From IMG/VR virus record IMGVR_UViG_3300044846_005229, positions 1 to 64,000 of that record: 64,000 nucleotides of DNA. One strand, 5' to 3'. Under the pieces are notes generated by a model, which did not search any database, was not told where the DNA came from, and saw only the letters and a list, made by a program, of their open reading frames with translations. This document shows, in pieces, positions 1 through 8,864 of the stretch. Position numbers and translations under genes: made by a program. Position 1 is the stretch's first letter, and every line of letters starts with the position of its first letter.

Positions 1-2535
1 CCAGTAATCGGAGCGATCAGCGCTTATTGCAGCGTACCCGCAGGTATCCCAGTAGACAGTGCTCCATACATTGTCTGGAGAGAACAAGGCGGTAACACCA
101 TGCTCATGAATGTATTCAATTCTTCCATTAGTGTAGGTATTAGCGGCAGTTCCGCCCCTCATTTGCAGGCCAATTCTTGTGTTGTAGATATAGAAACTCT
201 GCAACCGTGAGTCGAACATATTGTCGGACGATATGCCTACGTCACACGCATTAATAAAGAAGTTTTCAAAAATGTGGACGTTGCTAGGCCCATCAACTTT
301 GACACCTGCAGCACCCCTAAAGTTTCTTACTGTGAAATTGCTCATCTTGACGCTCCATTCACACGCGACCCCATTGGCATATCTGCCGCCAAGAGGAGTG
401 CCTGAAATGAGGCCTTCGGCGGAGATCGCCAGGCCGGAAGGCAATGCCTTTGCGCTAAAGGTGCAACCTGATACAGTAGCCTCAACCTGATAAGAATATG
501 GCTGGCCCTTGACGGCAACAGGAAGATTCCAAATCAAGGATGTCTTCAGCTGTGGTCTTGCTGCCCATGTGTTCCCTAAAAAGCTGATAAGCCCACTTAC
601 CGATTTTCCAGTTGAATCAGTGCCAATAAGGAAGAATGAGAAGTTTCCAGAAGTTGTAGGCGTCCCTGTTATAAGGGCCCTTATGCCATCGGTTGAAAGA
701 TTTAATCCCGGAGCGGGAGAAGTCGTGGTTGGGTACCCGGGCTGATTGTTCCCGGTAGAACGAGCGGGGTCAATTTGCCAGGTGAACGGGCCAACTCCGC
801 CGACAGGGTAAATAGTCCCTTGGTAGGCCACGCCTATAGCCGCGTCTGCAAGGCTGCCATACAATGATGGGTATGCGGTATTTTCAACCGTGAAGTCTAT
901 CAGGATTTCATCAATGAGAGTATTGGCCTCAAAGTTGACCGTACTGGTGGCACTTGTTATTGCTACTTTTAGCGTGTACTGTCCGAACGAGTTGGCAGTG
1001 GGGGTGCCGGTAACCTCTCCGGTAGTAAGGTTCATTACCAGACCTTCAGGTCCATTCACTATCCACCAATAATGGGAAACGCCATCGTTGTTGAGAACAT
1101 TGAAGGTATATTTATAGGCTTGATTTATGGTAGCGGGAGGAATACCAACTAAGGGCAATTCTATGTATTTCCCGGTAACCTCCAGGATGAGGTCTCGCTG
1201 CGCTGTGCTGCCGCTAGCATCAGCTACACGAATCGTTACAAACTGCTTGCCAATTACAGCTGTTGCTGCGTTACAGGTAACCCATCCAGACTCCGATACG
1301 GCAAACCCGGTAGGGATGGTGCCGCTTATAACATCCCACTGGTAGGGGTTGGCGGGTGTGATCTGAGTATAAGTGGAAGTTCCTGGGCCAATGCCGGTAA
1401 CATTGCCACCCATTGCCTTTAGCTGAAAGCCTGCATACCAGGCATCACCATATTGGTGCGATGGTATCACCAGAGTCTCTAGCTCTAGGGGCTTGTTTTG
1501 CTTGGGGTCAGTGGGATCAATGACATATAGCTCACCGTTAAACGCATAAGATCCTCCAACTCCTAAAGGGGAGGTTGCAATTCTGATGATTGGATACCAT
1601 GACCCGAAGGCCATCTCATACCCATCGACCACGATTCCATCCAACTTAGAGGCGTCTCCTCTCAGGGCAACAGCGCAGTTGTAGTCATTTGGCCGGTATA
1701 AGACGCAATCTGGATCCACATAAATGACCGTGGGGACAGCTACGTTGTAATCCCCAGCAAAACTGGAATCTTGGGCAGGATACACTAAAGTATTATTATT
1801 CCCCTGGATTGTTATTCTTGCGCCCACCTCAAGGTATCTTTTAATTCTGCAGTTTCCATTTATCTGGACGACACTGGTTCTTCCGACAAACCATTTACCA
1901 ACCGTTGCTACGCTGTTTATGTTGTAAACTACGTCCAGGGCTTTTTGTATTGATGGGTAGTCGTCGGCAATTCTGTTACCAACACAGCCGAAAAAATCAG
2001 CAGAAATAAAGTCATCCCATACCCTTCTCCACACTCCATTAGTGCCGGGGGCAGTCTCACCAACCCCGTTAAGAAAATTCTCAAGATTTGCCCTGGTCCC
2101 ATTGTACGGAACCGTGGGACTTATGAAAGTTCCGCCATCGTGAAGTGATTTAGGGGTGTCTGCTTCCCACTGAAACCATCCGCTTCCCCGTGTGGTTTCG
2201 TATGGAGATGTTAAGATCAATACCGCTTCCTGATAGGAAACATAAAACCTTTTAACAAACACCATCCCCGACGTTGGGGCGGTTTGAAGATCTGAAATTG
2301 ACCCAATTATACCTGATCCCCCTGTCTTTTCAACGAAGTCAGTATCTAAAATTCCGTTCCAAAACCAATACTCCGTAAGTTGCCCTGAAATGTACACCCC
2401 CGCAGTTAAACCCTGGTAGCGAATAATGGGCTCAATGGCCGATAACGCTTCAGCCGTGCTGTCATAAGGACCATAGCGTTCGTCAGTTGCCTTAGGAGCT
2501 TGAACAATTAGGTTATCATTTAGATTGATTGCCAT
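1..2535 (-). CDS. Tail fibre/tailspike-like protein with beta-helix (pectin-lyase-like) region and Ig-like repeats; runs off left edge
   Basis: Not in ORF track. ATG at 2535 (MAINLNDNLIVQAPKATDERYGP...), open to position 1 (845 codons). Has 'DFFGCVGNRIADDYPSIQKALD' (tailspike lid motif), repeated 'G..ITGTPT/ISGTP' Ig-like motifs, and beta-helix-like C-terminal repeats. Confidence 0.7.
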   Translation of the reverse strand, partial: MAINLNDNLIVQAPKATDERYGPYDSTAEALSAIEPIIRYQGLTAGVYISGQLTEYWFWNGILDTDFVEKTGGSGIIGSISDLQTAPTSGMVFVKRFYVSYQEAVLILTSPYETTRGSGWFQWEADTPKSLHDGGTFISPTVPYNGTRANLENFLNGVGETAPGTNGVWRRVWDDFISADFFGCVGNRIADDYPSIQKALDVVYNINSVATVGKWFVGRTSVVQINGNCRIKRYLEVGARITIQGNNNTLVYPAQDSSFAGDYNVAVPTVIYVDPDCVLYRPNDYNCAVALRGDASKLDGIVVDGYEMAFGSWYPIIRIATSPLGVGGSYAFNGELYVIDPTDPKQNKPLELETLVIPSHQYGDAWYAGFQLKAMGGNVTGIGPGTSTYTQITPANPYQWDVISGTIPTGFAVSESGWVTCNAATAVIGKQFVTIRVADASGSTAQRDLILEVTGKYIELPLVGIPPATINQAYKYTFNVLNNDGVSHYWWIVNGPEGLVMNLTTGEVTGTPTANSFGQYTLKVAITSATSTVNFEANTLIDEILIDFTVENTAYPSLYGSLADAAIGVAYQGTIYPVGGVGPFTWQIDPARSTGNNQPGYPTTTSPAPGLNLSTDGIRALITGTPTTSGNFSFFLIGTDSTGKSVSGLISFLGNTWAARPQLKTSLIWNLPVAVKGQPYSYQVEATVSGCTFSAKALPSGLAISAEGLISGTPLGGRYANGVACEWSVKMSNFTVRNFRGAAGVKVDGPSNVHIFENFFINACDVGISSDNMFDSRLQSFYIYNTRIGLQMRGGTAANTYTNGRIEYIHEHGVTALFSPDNVWSTVYWDTCGYAAISADRSDYW

Positions 2536-2696
2536 TCTGGTATCTAATCAAGGGTTCTAGTTACTTAATCGAGTCAAGCTTTTGCTTTTACGCAACTTGG
2601 CGAGCTTTCCACCGAATATTGAAAATGCATTACAATAAATTCTACCCGCTTTGCTGGTTTGAGTTAGGTGGGGGCACATGGGCACAAGACGTACCC

Positions 2697-3335
2697 TCAT
2701 ATTCTCTGAAACTCCATGTTTATAGTGTAAAAACCTTTTTCTAATAGAAAAGAGCTTTCCTCTGGCGCGTAGTATGACTCGCTACTAAGGTCAATGAGCA
2801 TACTAGGCACCGCACCTTGCTGCGTGGAGGCTGTTGTATTCAACTTAAAGCCGCTGGCAATAACGGATACGTTTGCAGTTGGAACTTTTACTGGGGAAAG
2901 TTCATCCCAGGTAGCCGCCACAACATAGTCAACATTCGCATCAAGCTCTGGGCCATTGGTAATGTCAAACCAGCAGTAATACGGCGCTACGGTTGGGGCG
3001 GCATCTGCAATGCAAGTAGCTGAGGCTAGGAAATCCTGCTGCCAAATGAGAACAGGAAGCCCGGGACTAGTAAAGTCCCATATTCCCACTGAATGATCTA
3101 AGGTAGACGGTTGGTTGATTCGGGGCATTGCGGTAGGGTCAGCCTGCGTCGGCTTGTATATCCCAATACGAGTAAGTTGTCGGTTAAAGTCCGTAGTGAA
3201 ATGGTATCCTAGAATATAGGGTCCATCCGCCACTTCACGTTCGCTTACGTTTACGACAGGGGCCGTAGTGAACCCGAATGCCACATCTATAGTGGGTGAT
3301 GGGCTTGTCCAATATGGATTTAGTATGAAGGGCAT
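2697..3335 (-). CDS. Virion structural protein, DUF4082-like beta-sandwich
   Basis: ORF track 2697..3479; likely start ATG 3335 (MPFILNPYW) directly after the upstream TAA. 'YILGYHFTT...LTRIGIY...HSVGIWD' resembles DUF4082. Confidence 0.5.
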   Translation of the reverse strand: MPFILNPYWTSPSPTIDVAFGFTTAPVVNVSEREVADGPYILGYHFTTDFNRQLTRIGIYKPTQADPTAMPRINQPSTLDHSVGIWDFTSPGLPVLIWQQDFLASATCIADAAPTVAPYYCWFDITNGPELDANVDYVVAATWDELSPVKVPTANVSVIASGFKLNTTASTQQGAVPSMLIDLSSESYYAPEESSFLLEKGFYTINMEFQRI

Positions 3336-3336
3336 A

Positions 3337-4464
3337 TTAAGAATTGAGTAGTTGTATAGTGCCGCTTGTATTCGTAGCGTAGTCACTGATATAAATTTTA
3401 TAGTTGATGCCGGACCAATACCCATTCGGGGAATTAACAGCTCGGGTGTTCGGGGGAAGGATGAAATTTCCGGCACCAATCGACCCTTGGTTTAAGGGGG
3501 TATTAAACCACTTTGTCTTTGTGGTATCTGCCGCAGGATGAGCGAACCAAATATATTCTGCTGAAGCGTCAAATGTAGCACCAATCGTCCCGCTTGCCGA
3601 AGCAAGGACTTTCGTAGTCGTGCCCGCTTCGATACTGGTTGCGATTGACTCTGCGGATGGTGCTGCCGAGGATTTACCCCAGAAGTAAGGGTAGATACCG
3701 TTAATAGATGCCGAACTCGAAGTTAGAGCGCCAGAGGATTGGGGGGCATTGGCGGATAGTAATGCTGGGGGGCGAGCATCGGTAGACCCTTTATTAGTTT
3801 TCTTTGCTAGGCCCGATGCGAAACCGCCAGTACCATCCCATGTTGTTGTGCCTGCCGTCACGGTTAGGTTATCGGTGTAATTGTGGGGGTACGAAAAGTT
3901 CGGGTTGTTCGGGTTAGTGTAGCCGAATTGGTCCGGTACATTCGCGTGTGGGGAACCCGATGGACTAGAAACGTTGCTTATCGTAGAGCCATCTTTCCTA
4001 AGGGTTAAAGATCCGAAGGCTCCTGCGTCGTTTTTGATTCCAGTGACTGTTAGTACCTGAGAAAGTGTAGACCCGATCTCTTTGATGCCGGATTGAGAAA
4101 AGGAAAGGGAAATTGTGGGGATTGTGTATGTTGGTTGCAAAGTGGGGAATAAAATCGCATCTAAAACCTGGACAAGGTTTCTCGTCTTCCACACAGATGC
4201 GGGCTGAGCGATTGCACCCCCGACAGGGACACTTTGTTCCGTATCGGGGACTAAGGTATTATATTGCGTTGACAGGTTTTGACCAGTTAAGGTAAGACCA
4301 ACATTGGGGTCGATGGTCACCAGAGTTTCATCACCGCCGCCTTGGGGAACAATTTCCCATGTCAAAGCTGCAGCGTTCCACTTGTATTGATTAACGCCGG
4401 GGACGGGGATTTCCGGGAATAATTGCCCATTGGTGGGGCTATCTGGGAAGACGATCACCGTCAT
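3337..4464 (-). CDS. Structural (tail/fibre-associated) protein
   Basis: 375 aa; N-terminal 'FPDSPTNGQLF...YKWNAAALTW' motif typical of cyanophage fibre proteins; Ser/Thr/Gly-rich beta content. Confidence 0.55.
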   Translation of the reverse strand: MTVIVFPDSPTNGQLFPEIPVPGVNQYKWNAAALTWEIVPQGGGDETLVTIDPNVGLTLTGQNLSTQYNTLVPDTEQSVPVGGAIAQPASVWKTRNLVQVLDAILFPTLQPTYTIPTISLSFSQSGIKEIGSTLSQVLTVTGIKNDAGAFGSLTLRKDGSTISNVSSPSGSPHANVPDQFGYTNPNNPNFSYPHNYTDNLTVTAGTTTWDGTGGFASGLAKKTNKGSTDARPPALLSANAPQSSGALTSSSASINGIYPYFWGKSSAAPSAESIATSIEAGTTTKVLASASGTIGATFDASAEYIWFAHPAADTTKTKWFNTPLNQGSIGAGNFILPPNTRAVNSPNGYWSGINYKIYISDYATNTSGTIQLLNS

Positions 4465-4649
4465 TGCGAACTAGATGGGGGCACTGTCTAGTTTTACCCT
4501 TGTTGCGGTTAGTTTGGATAAAACATGGGGAATAGATGCCGGGTGTAAAAGTCCAGTTGTTGTTGGGCTGCTATAGCGAAATCCTTGGGACTTAGCCCAT
4601 TTGAGCAGGGACTGCTCCTGTCATTGACCCTTGAAACGCCATACCCCTA

Positions 4650-6017
4650 TTAGACTCCTTCATAATACATATTGATATACTTACGTGCGTTCTGATTGCT
4701 GACTTTCTCCCATACCCCCCTTCTAAATGATTCTGCCGAATGTTGAATGCCGAATGTTGCTATATCTTTAGCCTCACTCTTCGTCAGTCCGTCTTTTTCC
4801 ATTTCTGTCATCACTTTATTGAAATTCCTTTCCAACACATCAGCTTGTTTGCCTGTCGGGTAATTTGTCATCGCGAAGTTAGTCCCTGTCCATCCACCTA
4901 AAGCTTCAGATAAGGCTGCTTTCCAGTTTTTCTGAGATAACCCCAAATCAACAAACCTGGCCACCCCCTTATCATCAATAATTAAATTATCGCCCTTAGC
5001 ATCATTGTGGGCATACCCTAGTTTATGCAATTTTCCCATAGTGATATTGTAAGCGTCATCTTTGTCAATGCCATTGATCTTTTGAGGGGCCTTGTAAAGG
5101 GGGACTCCTGGAACAACTTCCATAGCAATCATACCTTTGTGGATGGTACCGTTATCCATGTTGCTATGGGCATTCTTTACGAATCTGGAGGCTATTAATT
5201 TGGGGCCCAAACCGACTTCCCCCAGTTTTTTAATTAAGGTAGCCTCAGTTCTACCGATATCCCCAACCTTAACGCCAATTTCATTAGGCATTCCATCCGA
5301 GTATCCAAGTAACTTCTTCGTGGGTATCTTCAGGAATGCTCCATAGCCCCCTGCACCCAATACCCGGGAGCCTGATCCTTCAACTGCGCTCCACTTTACC
5401 TTATCTGCTTTCTCTGAGCCATCAATGCTTATAGTGCCTTCGGGGCCTAGCCTTTTCATTTTGTCTAATAACTTACTGGCGGCTTCTCTGACTTTTCTTA
5501 CCTTATCTGCAGGGATATCACCATTCTTATGGGTAGTCATTGGGGCTGAGGGCCGAGTCCGTGCCACAGTTTCTTTAGGGGTCTTAGGAACTGGTTGATT
5601 CTTTAGTTTCTTGGCAGCATTTATTCTGCCTATAAGGGTGCGAAACCTTTGAATGGCTTGGCCAAAAAATAGTCCCAAGTTGTGTTCTTTGTCTTGAGTT
5701 TGCTTATTTATTGGTGGTGAATTCTTTCCCGTAGGGGGGTTCTTAATTGGGGGATTTTGGACAGGGGTAAAGGCAACTGGTTTGGTAACACCAAAAATCC
5801 TGTCCCTTACTTTTATCAGAGAACCCACAACAACATCAGGCAACTCGATAAGACAAGTCTTCACCCCTTCGATACAAGTTGCTGAGCAGCTTTTACCGAT
5901 AGAGCACCTTTTACGACCACCCCCGACAGCATTTGATTTGGACTTCAGAATCTCAGAACTCGATGGCGCATTGCCGGAGGGTGCCGCAAAGTTGAATTGT
6001 CCTTCACCATTTACCAC
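4650..6017 (-). CDS. Cys4-module protein with C-terminal protein-kinase-like domain (kinase 1)
   Basis: N-terminal CSIGKSCSATCIEGVKTC; kinase motifs GAGGYG (Gly loop), GVKVG (Lys), HNDAKGDN (catalytic loop), FVDLG (DFG-like). Confidence 0.75.
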   Translation of the reverse strand: MVNGEGQFNFAAPSGNAPSSSEILKSKSNAVGGGRKRCSIGKSCSATCIEGVKTCLIELPDVVVGSLIKVRDRIFGVTKPVAFTPVQNPPIKNPPTGKNSPPINKQTQDKEHNLGLFFGQAIQRFRTLIGRINAAKKLKNQPVPKTPKETVARTRPSAPMTTHKNGDIPADKVRKVREAASKLLDKMKRLGPEGTISIDGSEKADKVKWSAVEGSGSRVLGAGGYGAFLKIPTKKLLGYSDGMPNEIGVKVGDIGRTEATLIKKLGEVGLGPKLIASRFVKNAHSNMDNGTIHKGMIAMEVVPGVPLYKAPQKINGIDKDDAYNITMGKLHKLGYAHNDAKGDNLIIDDKGVARFVDLGLSQKNWKAALSEALGGWTGTNFAMTNYPTGKQADVLERNFNKVMTEMEKDGLTKSEAKDIATFGIQHSAESFRRGVWEKVSNQNARKYINMYYEGV

Positions 6018-6026
6018 GCGGTGCCT

Positions 6027-6206
6027 TTAACCCAGATATTGCCAAGCAGTGACTACATCCTCAGATACCAACCCATCAATATCCATCTTTTGAGCAGCGT
6101 CTAGGGCCCTAAGGGATTCAACCCGCTTGGCAGGGTCTCTGCGTAACTTTTTGTAACGCTCCATGAGCTTTTGGTATTTGTCGTCGTTGCTTAGTTGAGA
6201 TGCCAT
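6027..6206 (-). CDS. Small helical protein (59 aa), paralogue of 50001..50168
   Basis: Hand-translated MASQLSNDDKYQKLMERYKKLRRDPAKRVE...; below ORF-track cutoff; shares KYQKLM..YK..RRDPA with the 55-aa ORF at 50001..50168. Confidence 0.65.
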   Translation of the reverse strand: MASQLSNDDKYQKLMERYKKLRRDPAKRVESLRALDAAQKMDIDGLVSEDVVTAWQYLG

Positions 6207-6281
6207 TTGTTATGGGGGAGTTTTGAGTTATCAGGCTGTTAAGCCGCATACACCTATTATACCCCGTGGTCGCTGCCTTTG

Positions 6282-6407
6282 TCAACCTTCCTCTCGGTCT
6301 TCTTCGGATTTGATGAAATCCTTAAGGTCTTTGACATATACGCGAAGATCTTGGGCCTTTTGAAGATGCCAATGTTGTTTAGTTTTCAAGTAAAGCATCA
6401 TGTGGTT
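6282..6407 (-). pseudogene. 3' part of a 67-aa conserved cyanophage-type hypothetical gene interrupted by the IS605 element
   Basis: NHMMLYLKTKQHWHLQKAQDLRVYVKDLKDFIKSEEDREEG*; joins in frame with 7976..8053 when the IS is removed. Confidence 0.8.
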
Positions 6408-6600
6408 TTGACTTCCTCCCCGCCGTGAACGGCGGAGATTCCTTCTACGCTGCGCATGGGGATGCCTCAGCGATCGGGTGGGTTGGCGCTTCACAGCCTG
6501 CTGCCACCAAAGCGGTGGACTGATGCGTGGCTCCACGCCCGTTTCGACCCTCCGCCAGTCCGGCGGCGAGAATGTTCAAGGCAGCGTTGATGTCACGGTC
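6408..6600 (-). ncRNA. Predicted TnpB omegaRNA/reRNA scaffold (3' of tnpB to right end; guide is the flank AACCACATGATGCTTT...)
   Basis: Established for IS605 TnpB systems that the RNA overlaps the tnpB 3' end and right end; hairpins visible; 5' boundary is a guess. Confidence 0.55.
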
Positions 6601-7653
6601 GTGGACCGTTCCGCAGCTCGGGCACTGCCACTCCCGAATCGAAAGATCCTTCTTGCCGTCGTGATGCCCGCAGGTTGAGCACACCTGGCTGGTGGGGGGC
6701 CATCGGTTGATGACCACCACTTCACGCCCGTACTGCTCAGCCTTGGACTCCAGCAGGATCCGCAGCTGACGCCAGCCTGCATCGGCAATCGAGCGGGCCA
6801 GCTTCCTGTTCTTCAGCATCCCCGACACATTCAGGTCTTCCAGCACCACCGTTTGGTTCTCACGGATGAGGCGGGTCGAAAGCTGATGCTGATAGTCGAG
6901 GCGCCGATCGCCAACCTTGGCGTGCAGCTTGGCCACCTTGCGCCTGGCGATTACCAAGCGGTTGGAACCCCGTTGCTTGTGCTTCAGGTTGCGCTGTAGC
7001 CGCCGCAGTCGCTTGAGCGCAGAGCGCAGGAACTTCGGCGGGGCGAGCTTTTCACCGTCAGAAGTGACGGCGAGGGATACCAAGCCTAGGTCGATGCCAA
7101 CCGCCCTGCCATTCGCTGGCAAAGGAGTCGGCTCAATATCCACAACGAAGCTGGCGAAGAATCGCCCACTTGCATCGCGGATGACGGTGACGCTGCTCGG
7201 ATCCGAAGGCAGATCCCGGCTCCACTCAATCGGCACCGGGCCGATCTTGCTGAGCGTCAGCGTCCTCCCCCCTGTGCGGAACACATGGGACATGAAGCAA
7301 ACGGACTGCGCACCACGGCGCTTTTTGAAGCGTGGCGGCTTGACCTTCGCGCCCTTGCGCTTGCCTTTCAGGCTGGCCCACCAGTTGCGGTACGCCTGAT
7401 CGAGGTTGCGCACGGACTGCTGCAGCACCACATTGCTGGGCTCCGCCAGCCACTGCCGCTCTGGCGTCTGCTTGGCCTGCGTGATGCAGAGCTTGGCCAG
7501 GACGGGGTAGCTGGTCTTTTGCCCAGCGGCATACAGCTCACGGCTCTTGGCCAGGGCGTCGTTCCATACCACACGGGCGCAGCCGAACGCACGAGCCAGC
7601 GCCACCTGCTGATGCGGGTGGGGGTAGAGCCGGAAGCGGTAGCGTTGCTTCAT
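6445..7653 (-). CDS. tnpB: RNA-guided endonuclease TnpB
   Basis: MKQRYRFRLYP HTH start; RuvC-I GIDLG, RuvC-II VVLEDLNV, zinc finger CSTC/CPSC, RuvC-III HDRDINAA; all catalytic residues present. Confidence 0.95.
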   Translation of the reverse strand: MKQRYRFRLYPHPHQQVALARAFGCARVVWNDALAKSRELYAAGQKTSYPVLAKLCITQAKQTPERQWLAEPSNVVLQQSVRNLDQAYRNWWASLKGKRKGAKVKPPRFKKRRGAQSVCFMSHVFRTGGRTLTLSKIGPVPIEWSRDLPSDPSSVTVIRDASGRFFASFVVDIEPTPLPANGRAVGIDLGLVSLAVTSDGEKLAPPKFLRSALKRLRRLQRNLKHKQRGSNRLVIARRKVAKLHAKVGDRRLDYQHQLSTRLIRENQTVVLEDLNVSGMLKNRKLARSIADAGWRQLRILLESKAEQYGREVVVINRWPPTSQVCSTCGHHDGKKDLSIREWQCPSCGTVHDRDINAALNILAAGLAEGRNGRGATHQSTALVAAGCEAPTHPIAEASPCAA

Positions 7654-7682
7654 ACCAACCACCATACCAAACTTGGGGTGCA

Positions 7683-7949
7683 ATGGCGCAACCACCGCTT
7701 AGGCGAGGAAGGCACAGCGTTTCTCGGCTTGTCGTTCATTTGGTCTTTGTGGTCAAGTATCGGCGCAAGGCGCTGAGCGGGGCGGCATTGGATCGGATGC
7801 ACGAGGTCTGCCTGGGCATTGCCGAGCGGATGGGCTTCCAGCTGCTTGAGCTGAACGGCGAAGCAGACCATGTGCATCTGCTGGCGGGGCGCCCATCGAG
7901 CGTCTCAGGGAGTATGTGGAGTCTCAGGAAAAGCCGTCCTCAAGGACGG
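7683..7949 (+). pseudogene. tnpA: IS200-type Y1 transposase remnant (internal deletion plus frameshift)
   Basis: N-terminal ...HLVFVVKYRR...ADHVHLL (HUH) fused at ~7882/7883 to an out-of-frame C-terminal GGAPIERLREYVESQ (catalytic Tyr helix); the central part is missing. Confidence 0.85.
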
Positions 7950-7975
7950 GGTTTGTGTCCCAGAACAGCCCCGTT

Positions 7976-8053
7976 ATCAATGGCTTTAAGCAAGCTATGA
8001 ATTACTGGGTTCCACGGGCCCCTTATTGGGTTATCCCATTCTCTTTTTGACAT
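7976..8053 (-). pseudogene. 5' part of the IS-interrupted hypothetical gene
   Basis: MSKREWDNPIRGPWNPVIHSLLKAID, ending exactly at the TTGAT target. Confidence 0.8.
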
Positions 8054-8079
8054 TTGACCTACCTACTATTCTATGGGCA

Positions 8080-8811
8080 TCACTTAATAACATTGAGACT
8101 TCTATTGAAGTACATCCTGCGGTCTTCCAACCCATTATAACCACCATTTACTCTGCGGGTAACTTGTTCTACGGTGGGATTCTTATCACATAGGGCATTC
8201 ATCCCATTGTTAAACCACCAAAAACCTGCCGAGGAAAATGGATACTTATCAGCTACATAATTAGCCCCTTGCATAACTTGTGGATCTTTGATAAAATTGG
8301 CAAAGTCCTGATAGTTTGCTCTACCTGTAAGCTGAATGTAACCGGCACCTTTGAAGCGGGGGCCATCCCCCGGTTGGGTATTTCCCAGATCTTTCCTACC
8401 TTCGTAATCCCAACCCGAAGCCAACTCTTTCTTCCAGCGACCACCACCAGATTCATGCGCAGTTTGACTAAGGAAATGACGAATTCTTTGCGGAGTTGTG
8501 ATTGCAAATTCTTCTAGACATCTATTAAGTTCGGTTACTTCAGAATCTAAAATCAAGCTTGGGGCACATTGCCAAATATATGCCAGAGACTCTTTGGAAA
8601 CATACTGCTTTGGGGTTGGTGGCCTAGTGGGAGTTGGTGGTTTGTAGGGTGTACGATATTTCCTTACCCAACTAGCCTCATCTGTAAATAGTTCGGGTTG
8701 TTTAGCAAAAACCGCCTTGGCAAAATCCAAAAAGGCACTTTCTTGAAGGGGGTTGTCTGTTCTACGGTTATTGACAAAATCTAAGAATTTCTCTGCAGTG
8801 AATTGGGGCAT
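8080..8811 (-). CDS. Endolysin, glycoside hydrolase family 19 (chitinase-like lysozyme)
   Basis: [41 protein letters not shown] motifs; likely start MPQF at 8811. Confidence 0.88.
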   Translation of the reverse strand: MPQFTAEKFLDFVNNRRTDNPLQESAFLDFAKAVFAKQPELFTDEASWVRKYRTPYKPPTPTRPPTPKQYVSKESLAYIWQCAPSLILDSEVTELNRCLEEFAITTPQRIRHFLSQTAHESGGGRWKKELASGWDYEGRKDLGNTQPGDGPRFKGAGYIQLTGRANYQDFANFIKDPQVMQGANYVADKYPFSSAGFWWFNNGMNALCDKNPTVEQVTRRVNGGYNGLEDRRMYFNRSLNVIK

Positions 8812-8864
8812 CTTGTTTCGGGTATCTATTGCTATTTTACCCGCCTCATCACATCCAGACCTAA

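Larger units (their letters stand above)
6408..7975 (-). mobile_element. IS200/IS605-family element (tnpB intact, tnpA internally deleted)
   Basis: Minus strand: TTGAT target (7976-7980) then left end; subterminal hairpin CCGTCC-TCAA-GGACGG (7934-7949); right-end hairpin 6420-6435 ending ...GGAAGTCAA at 6408. Visibly higher GC than flanks. Removal restores a continuous ORF. Confidence 0.92.

Noticed and set aside
4505-4645. Possible small ORF between kinase 1 and the structural gene
   Set aside because: Open stretches lack a convincing start or are very short; left unannotated.
6282-6536. 84-aa ORF as an independent gene
   Set aside because: Chimera of IS right-end sequence and the 3' half of the interrupted gene.
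6408-7975. IStron (group I intron fused to IS) that would splice out of the interrupted gene
   Set aside because: The element is fully accounted for by tnpA remnant, tnpB and ends; no P7/J8-7 core found.
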